Below, one piece after another: positions 6,170 to 11,632 of a stretch of 11,632 bases of DNA. Under the pieces are notes generated by a model, which did no database searches, was not told the origin of the DNA, and was given only the letters and a program-made list of their open reading frames with translations. Source of the stretch: Calditrichaceae bacterium (GTDB lineage Bacteria; Calditrichota; Calditrichia; Calditrichales; JBFXGD01); assembly GCA_050178385.1 (NCBI GenBank), contig JBFXGD010000111.1, forward strand, positions 1 to 11,632. Reading direction: 5' to 3'. Position 1 is the first letter of the stretch, and every line of letters begins with the position of its first letter. The translations under genes and the position numbers were made by a program.

Positions 6170-8146
6170 ATGCCCGGCAGACAGAATCAGCCGTTGTCTT
6201 TTCCTTTTGATCAGAAAATAGTTTGGAAACCGGTAAAAAAATGGATGGCAGAGAGCAATCTGCAGAAATTCATGAACAAACACGATATTGCTGACTATGA
6301 TCACCTTATGGAACGTTCCATAAACGATGCGTCATGGTTTTGGGACGCGGTGATACATGATCTGGAAATCGACTTCTATAAACCGTATTCGAATGTACTG
6401 GATACAAGCGGCGGTATGGAGCTGCCGGTTTGGTGTGCTGACGGCAAAATGAATATCATACATAATTGTCTCGATAAATGGCAGAAAACAAAAGCGCGTC
6501 ATCAGGCGGCAATTCGCTGGGAAAATGAACAAGGAACAGTAAAAATTCTCACCTATGAAGAACTGTACCATGAAGTAAACCGCTGCGCCAACGGACTGCG
6601 TTCACTGGGGCTTGGAAAAGGTGATTCTGTCGGATTGCTGATGCCGATGATACCGGAGCTGGTCATCGCCTTTCTGGCGGTTTTGAAAATCGGAGGTATG
6701 ATACTTCCATTATTCAGCGGATACGGCCCTTCTGCAATATCAAGCCGTCTGAACGATTGCCGCGCCAAGGCAATTGTAACAGCAGACGGATACTATCGCA
6801 GGGGAAAAAGTATCGGTATGAAAGCCATCGCTGATGAGGCCTTGCTTGAGTCCCCTTCGGTAAAAAAGATGATTGTCGTGGACTATATCTCCAGAAAAAA
6901 TATAAACTGGGTTGAAGAAAGAGATCACTGGTGGCATGAGCTAATTCCAAGGCAATCGGATAAAGCGGTCACCGAAGAAACCGGCGCGGAAGATGTGGCG
7001 ATGCTCATATACACAAGCGGGACTACCGGGAAGCCGAAAGGCGCGGTGCATACGCATTGCGGATTTCCGGTCAAAGCAGCCATGGATATGTTTTACGCCA
7101 TGGATTTAAAACCCGGAAATGTCATGTATTGGATGACGGATATGGGCTGGATGATGGGTCCGTGGGAAGTATTCGGCACGCTGATTCTCGGAGCCACCAT
7201 GGTGTTTTATGAAGGAGCGCCTGATTATCCTGAACCTGATCGCCTATGGTCTCTGATAGAAAATCATCATATCACGCATCTGGGGCTTTCTCCGGCCCTC
7301 ATACGGACACTTAAAACCCATGGATCTGGGGTTGTCAAAAAACATGATGTAACCTCTTTACGGATGGCCGGGTCAACCGGCAGTCCCTGGGATCCGGATT
7401 CGTGGCTTTGGTTATTCAAAAATGTATTAAATAGTGAAAAACCGATACTAAATTATTCAGGCGGCACAGAAATAAGCGGCGGAATTATTTCCGGAAACTT
7501 TTTTAAACCGCTGAAACCATGCTCCTTCTCAGGTCCGGTAATCGGAATGGATGCGGATGTGGTCAATGAAAAGGGTGAGCCTGTTCGCGGTGAGGTAGGC
7601 GAGCTGGTAATCCGAAAACCCTGGATCGGGATGACACGCGGTTTTTGGAATGACCGTCAGCGATATCTGGATACTTACTGGAGTCGGTTCGGTAACATGT
7701 GGCTTCATGGCGATTTTGCGGCGATTGACGATGAAAATCTATGGTTTATCCTCGGCCGAAGCGATGATACGATAAAAATAGCAGGAAAACGTCTGGGACC
7801 GGCTGAAGTTGAGTCAATCCTGAACAGTCATCCGGCTGTCACGGAATCCGCGGCCATCGGTATCCCTCATCCGATAAAAGATCAGGAAGTTATAGGATTT
7901 TGCGTGCTGAAAGAAGGTTATAAACCCGATGAAAAAGTAAGATCGGAGCTGCAGGAATTGGTAACCACCGGTCTTGGAAAAGCTTTGAAACCAAAAGAAG
8001 TTCGTTTTGTAAAAGCGCTTCCTAAAACCAGGAATGCCAAGGTGATGCACCGGATTATCAGGGCGGCGTATTTGCAGGAGGCGATGGGTGATCTGAGCGG
8101 TCTGGAGGATCCGGGAGCGGTCAACGCCATTCAAAACTCAATGTGA
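6170..8146 (+). CDS. AMP-forming short-chain acyl-CoA synthetase (acetoacetate/acetate-CoA ligase-like)
   Basis: 658 aa. P-loop YTSGTTGKPKG, NYSGGTE, HGDFA, GRSDDTIKIAGKRLGPAEVE, catalytic-Lys motif LPKTRNAK. GGAG RBS. Substrate is not certain. Confidence 0.88.
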   Translation: MPGRQNQPLSFPFDQKIVWKPVKKWMAESNLQKFMNKHDIADYDHLMERSINDASWFWDAVIHDLEIDFYKPYSNVLDTSGGMELPVWCADGKMNIIHNCLDKWQKTKARHQAAIRWENEQGTVKILTYEELYHEVNRCANGLRSLGLGKGDSVGLLMPMIPELVIAFLAVLKIGGMILPLFSGYGPSAISSRLNDCRAKAIVTADGYYRRGKSIGMKAIADEALLESPSVKKMIVVDYISRKNINWVEERDHWWHELIPRQSDKAVTEETGAEDVAMLIYTSGTTGKPKGAVHTHCGFPVKAAMDMFYAMDLKPGNVMYWMTDMGWMMGPWEVFGTLILGATMVFYEGAPDYPEPDRLWSLIENHHITHLGLSPALIRTLKTHGSGVVKKHDVTSLRMAGSTGSPWDPDSWLWLFKNVLNSEKPILNYSGGTEISGGIISGNFFKPLKPCSFSGPVIGMDADVVNEKGEPVRGEVGELVIRKPWIGMTRGFWNDRQRYLDTYWSRFGNMWLHGDFAAIDDENLWFILGRSDDTIKIAGKRLGPAEVESILNSHPAVTESAAIGIPHPIKDQEVIGFCVLKEGYKPDEKVRSELQELVTTGLGKALKPKEVRFVKALPKTRNAKVMHRIIRAAYLQEAMGDLSGLEDPGAVNAIQNSM

Positions 8147-8151
8147 TTTGT

Positions 8152-8160
8152 TGTTATAAT
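8152..8160 (+). promoter_or_regulatory. Extended -10 promoter element upstream of the prenyltransferase fusion gene
   Basis: TGTTATAAT is a perfect TGnTATAAT ending 25 nt before the ATG at 8186. No good -35. Confidence 0.45.
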
Positions 8161-8185
8161 AATTTTTCATTGCGACGGAGAGCAA

Positions 8186-9730
8186 ATGGAGAATAATTTA
8201 GATGAACTTGATCTAAGGATAGGAAGATTGTTGGACGGTGCGGACAGGATGGTAATCGCCACGTCCGTTGACAATAACAGTTCCGGGGCGTCTGTCTTCT
8301 TCGCCAGGGATAACCGGGATCTTGTTTTTTTTACATTTAATCCCACCCGTAAAGCAGAACAGATTCGTATTAATCCCAAAATTCAGGCTGTTATCTGGCC
8401 GGCCGGTCATCAAGGAATCCGTGGTATTCAGGTAGAGGGGATTTGTCACCTGATCAAAGATAAAACCGACGAAGAACGCGTCCATGATCTTATTTTGGCA
8501 AAAACGACCGCATTCAGGGAATACATGGATGACCAGTTTCTGATCAAGAACAAGGTGGTCGGCTATTATCGGATTAAGCCTACCCGTGTCAAGTACGTTG
8601 ATTTTTATGCGGATGAAAAATTTGAATGGCGTGAATATCCTGAAAACCAGGTGCATGTCATGGTGGACCTGATCCAGTCCGTATACTCCAGAATTGGACT
8701 GTGGTTAAGAGCGGTCAGGGCTCCGTTTTTTACGGCGGCGATTGTGCCGGTCATACTTGGCGGAGTAATCGCGTGGAACGATCTGCTTGACAGAGGCGCG
8801 TCTGATACCTGGAGTTGGTCGATGTTTTGGCTTATTCTCGCGGGCGCTATATTAGCTCAGGCCGGAACAAATATGGGCAATGATTATTTCGATCATACCA
8901 GCCGGGCTGATGAGTATAACAAAGTTTTCAGCCCATTTAACGGCGGCAGCCGGATGATACAGGCGGGTTTGATGGCGCCATGGAAAGTTCTTTTCGCCAC
9001 CGTACTTTCCTTTGGCGCGACAATTTATATCGGATTAAAATTAAATATGATCATCACCGGCGCTTATTTTGGGAACAGCCCGCTTTTGTGGGTTGGTTTT
9101 TTTGGGATCGCGCTGGGAATATTCTACACCTGGAATCCGGTTCGTCTCTCCTATCACGGCTGGGGAGAGCCGGCAATCGCGCTGGGATTCGGTCCGGTGA
9201 TGGTGTTGGGCACACACTATGTGTTGACCGCTCCGTATCTTAATGCCAACAGTCTGGGCTGGAGCTGGCAAATGCCGTTTCTTGCGTCCATACCGGTCGC
9301 AATTTTGATTATGCTGGTGGTTTGGATCAATCAATTTCAGGATTTACAATCGGATAAACAAGCCGGAAAAATTACCTGGGTGGTAAGGCTTGCCGGTTAT
9401 AAGGATGATCATGTTTTGTATGAACGGCCTTTTAAATACTATGCTATTTTTAATTATATGAGTTTTGCGTTTATTTTTATGCTGGGTATCATTGGGTTTT
9501 TCCGTCCCGCCCTTGCTACGCCGTTTGTACTGATTTCATTGATTCCGCTGATACTTGTTAGACATGCGGTCAAATGGGGTGAAGAGTGGATAAATCGCTG
9601 GAACAGAGTCGATGCGGACCGTCAAAGATTGCCGTATGAATTGTTAAAGGTCAATGCTTCAACTGTCGGAATTCATTTCCTTACCGGCAGTCTGATGATC
9701 CTCGGTTACTGGCTTCATACCGTCTGGTAG
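8186..9730 (+). CDS. Fusion of a PNPOx-like split-barrel flavin-binding domain and a MenA-type (UbiA superfamily) prenyltransferase
   Basis: 514 aa, one ORF. Residues ~1-150 (MVIATS..ASVFFA..LVFFT..TRKAEQIRINPKI..RGIQVEG..YYRIKPTRVKYVD) are PNPOx-like. Residues ~170-514 carry RAPFFTAAIVPVILG, NDYFD, GGSRMIQ, YHGWGE and NQFQDLQSDKQAGKITWVVRL (both Asp-rich motifs) plus about 8-9 TM helices. Confidence 0.85.
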   Translation: MENNLDELDLRIGRLLDGADRMVIATSVDNNSSGASVFFARDNRDLVFFTFNPTRKAEQIRINPKIQAVIWPAGHQGIRGIQVEGICHLIKDKTDEERVHDLILAKTTAFREYMDDQFLIKNKVVGYYRIKPTRVKYVDFYADEKFEWREYPENQVHVMVDLIQSVYSRIGLWLRAVRAPFFTAAIVPVILGGVIAWNDLLDRGASDTWSWSMFWLILAGAILAQAGTNMGNDYFDHTSRADEYNKVFSPFNGGSRMIQAGLMAPWKVLFATVLSFGATIYIGLKLNMIITGAYFGNSPLLWVGFFGIALGIFYTWNPVRLSYHGWGEPAIALGFGPVMVLGTHYVLTAPYLNANSLGWSWQMPFLASIPVAILIMLVVWINQFQDLQSDKQAGKITWVVRLAGYKDDHVLYERPFKYYAIFNYMSFAFIFMLGIIGFFRPALATPFVLISLIPLILVRHAVKWGEEWINRWNRVDADRQRLPYELLKVNASTVGIHFLTGSLMILGYWLHTVW

Positions 9731-9747
9731 TGTAAAGCAGTTCACAA
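9730..9747. promoter_or_regulatory. Rex-operator-like site upstream of the pnt genes
   Basis: GTGTAAA-GCAG-TTCACAA versus Rex consensus TTGTGAA-N4-TTCACAA (12 of 14 positions match). Confidence 0.35.
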
Positions 9748-9912
9748 CCGGCGGCGCACGGCCGAAGGATTCTACAGAAATTTATTGAAGTCTGTTGGTA
9801 TTATTTTTATAAAATTTTCATGCCAAGAAATATTGTTTGTAACATATTCAGTTCATCTTTTTCAAATGAATAGAATATTAAATGGAAAACTAAAATAACA
9901 GGGGAGGTAAAA

Positions 9913-11046
9913 TTGAAATTCGGAATTCCCAGGGAAATTACAAAAGGTGAGACGCGTGTGGCAGTTATTCCATCAATGATCAGCGCGCTCACCCGCAATA
10001 ATCATGAGGTATTGATAGAATCAGGCGCTGGGGTATCCGCTTCTTTTAGCGATGAGCAATATAAAGAAGCCGGAGCCCAAATTATTAAAGATACCACGGA
10101 ATTGTACAAGGCGGCGGATGTCATCATTAAAGTACAGGTACCACAGCTGCAAGAAGTTGAACTGATAAAAAATGGCGGTCATCTTATATCCTACCTCGCG
10201 CCATTTAACAATCTTGATGTCATCCAAAAATTGGCGGACCGTAAAATTACGTCATTCGCAATGGAATTTATCCCAAGAATAACCCGTGCTCAAAGTATGG
10301 ACTCGCTAAGTTCCATGGCGACGCTTGCCGGTTATAAAGCCGTGCTGCTTGCAGCCAATCATTTAGGCAAGATTTTTCCGTTAATGATGACTGCCGCGGG
10401 TACTATTCCTCCTGCCGGCGTGTTCGTGCTCGGGGCGGGTGTGGCAGGCTTGCAGGCGATAGCGACGGCAAAACGGCTCGGCGCGAAGGTCGAAGCGTTT
10501 GATCCGCGCGCCGCTGTCAGGGAACAGGTTCAGAGTCTCGGAGCGCAGTTTGTGGAAATGGAGATGCCGGAGGACGCTGAAACATCGGGCGGATACGCGA
10601 AAGAACAATCCGATGAATTTCTCAAAAAAGAACAGGAAGCCATTGGAGCCCGTCTGCCAAAGATCGATGCCGTAATAACCACGGCTCAGATATTCGGCAA
10701 AAAAGCGCCGATTCTTATTACGGAAGAAATGGTGAAAATGATGAAACCCGGTTCTGTTATTATTGATCTTGCGGCGGAACAGGGAGGAAACTGTGAGCTT
10801 ACCCAGGCAGATAAGATTATTGAAAAAAACGGAGTTATTATCAACGGTACGGTAAATTTGCCGGCGACCCTTCCCGTTCACGCTAGTCAGATGTATTCCA
10901 AAAATATTACAAATCTGTTAAAACATCTTTATCAGAATGAACAATTTGATTTTGATGACGAAATTACAAAGGGCGCGTGCATCACCCATGATGGAAAAAT
11001 CCTTAATGATGCGATCGCAAATGCAGTAAAAAGCGGAGGAAAATAG
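9913..11046 (+). CDS. pntAA: NAD(P) transhydrogenase subunit alpha part 1 (soluble NAD(H)-binding domain I)
   Basis: 377 aa. TTG start with GGAGG at 9903-9907. GETRVA, PRITRAQSMDSLSS, GAGVAG, GGYAKE and DLAAEQGGNC motifs. Confidence 0.96.
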   Translation: MKFGIPREITKGETRVAVIPSMISALTRNNHEVLIESGAGVSASFSDEQYKEAGAQIIKDTTELYKAADVIIKVQVPQLQEVELIKNGGHLISYLAPFNNLDVIQKLADRKITSFAMEFIPRITRAQSMDSLSSMATLAGYKAVLLAANHLGKIFPLMMTAAGTIPPAGVFVLGAGVAGLQAIATAKRLGAKVEAFDPRAAVREQVQSLGAQFVEMEMPEDAETSGGYAKEQSDEFLKKEQEAIGARLPKIDAVITTAQIFGKKAPILITEEMVKMMKPGSVIIDLAAEQGGNCELTQADKIIEKNGVIINGTVNLPATLPVHASQMYSKNITNLLKHLYQNEQFDFDDEITKGACITHDGKILNDAIANAVKSGGK

Positions 11047-11047
11047 A

Positions 11048-11350
11048 ATGAATGATGTGATAATGGTTTCACTATATGTGTTCGTTTTGGCAATGTTTGT
11101 GGGTTTTGAAGTCATCACAAAAGTACCGCCGCTACTGCATACTCCTCTAATGTCAGGGTCAAACGCGATCTCCGGTATCACGCTGGTTGGTTCGTTGATA
11201 AGCGCCGGGAGCGGATTTGATGAGCTTGGAAAAATCCTGGGAATGCTCGCCGTGATCAGCGCCACGATTAATGTGGTCGGAGGATTTATGGTTACGGACC
11301 GGATGCTGGAAATGTTTAAAAAGGACAAAGAAAAGAAGGGGAGCAACTGA
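11048..11350 (+). CDS. pntAB: NAD(P) transhydrogenase subunit alpha part 2 (membrane)
   Basis: 100 aa. VPPLLHTPLMSGSNAISG and NVVGGFMVTDRMLEMF motifs; starts 1 nt after the pntAA stop. Confidence 0.96.
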   Translation: MNDVIMVSLYVFVLAMFVGFEVITKVPPLLHTPLMSGSNAISGITLVGSLISAGSGFDELGKILGMLAVISATINVVGGFMVTDRMLEMFKKDKEKKGSN

Positions 11351-11632
11351 TGGTAACGATTACAAATGGGGTTTATCTGATTGCTGCAGCGCTTTTTATT
11401 TTCGGACTGAAAAAGCTGAGCTCGCCAAAGACCGCAAGACAGGGGAATCTGCTGGCCATGATCGCAATGCTTCTGGCCGTGGTTATGACTTTGCTTGACA
11501 GGTCCATTCTGGACTTCACATATATCATCGCCGGTCTGATTATTGGCGCGGCCATTGGCGGAATTGCCGCAAAAAAGGTTGAAATGACGCAAATGCCGCA
11601 GATGGTGGCGCTTTTCAACGGGGTTGGAGGGG
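11350..11632 (+). CDS. pntB: NAD(P) transhydrogenase subunit beta, N-terminal fragment
   Basis: ATG at 11350 overlaps the pntAB TGA (TGATG). Translates MVTITNGVYLIAAALFIFGLKKLSSPKTARQGN...KKVEMTQMPQMVALFNGVGG, open to the window end. Not in the ORF track. Confidence 0.95.
   Translation, partial: MVTITNGVYLIAAALFIFGLKKLSSPKTARQGNLLAMIAMLLAVVMTLLDRSILDFTYIIAGLIIGAAIGGIAAKKVEMTQMPQMVALFNGVGG

Noticed and set aside
6170..8146. MenE (o-succinylbenzoate-CoA ligase), given the adjacent MenA-like gene
   Set aside because: At 658 aa with an Acs/AACS-type N-terminal extension it is much longer than typical MenE and carries short-chain acyl-CoA ligase motifs.
9749..9764. GC-rich mini-hairpin after the fusion gene as a terminator
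   Set aside because: Only a 4-bp stem (CGGC/GCCG) and no U-tract.
9807..9998. 63-aa minus-strand ORF across the pnt upstream region
   Set aside because: It overlaps the pntAA start in antisense and has no recognisable similarity.
9913..11046. Alanine dehydrogenase
   Set aside because: Same fold, but RAQSMDSLSS, GGYAKE and the adjacent pntAB/pntB identify transhydrogenase domain I.
912..11618. Many antisense or off-frame ORFs in the track (e.g. 912-1229, 3922-4296, 5475-5861, 8213-8656, 10381-10881, 10918-11592, 11271-11498)
   Set aside because: They lie largely or wholly within well-supported genes and show no recognisable motifs; they are shadow ORFs.

Overview
Bacterial chromosomal window with no mobile element, CRISPR or RNA gene that I can see. 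A partial DASS/SLC13 anion transporter gene (minus strand, 1-251, missing from the ORF track) points away from a co-directional plus-strand run. That run begins with an O2-dependent tyrosine/homogentisate catabolic cluster: hppD, a fumarylacetoacetate-hydrolase-family gene, hmgA, a flavin-reductase-like gene and an acetoacetate/acetate-CoA-ligase-like gene. A bactofilin-repeat membrane protein gene is inserted between the hydrolase and hmgA, and no maleylacetoacetate isomerase is present. Next comes an unusual fusion of a PNPOx-like split-barrel flavin-binding domain to a MenA-type UbiA-superfamily prenyltransferase, followed by a three-gene proton-translocating transhydrogenase (pntAA, pntAB, partial pntB). 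The best candidates for new biology are (i) the flavin-domain/prenyltransferase fusion next to a homogentisate-producing enzyme, possibly quinol salvage or homogentisate prenylation, and (ii) a glutathione-independent substitute for the missing isomerase. The hppD leader holds a 98-nt G-free heptamer-repeat tract ending in a hairpin. Gene calls rest on motif recognition by eye; no searches were run.
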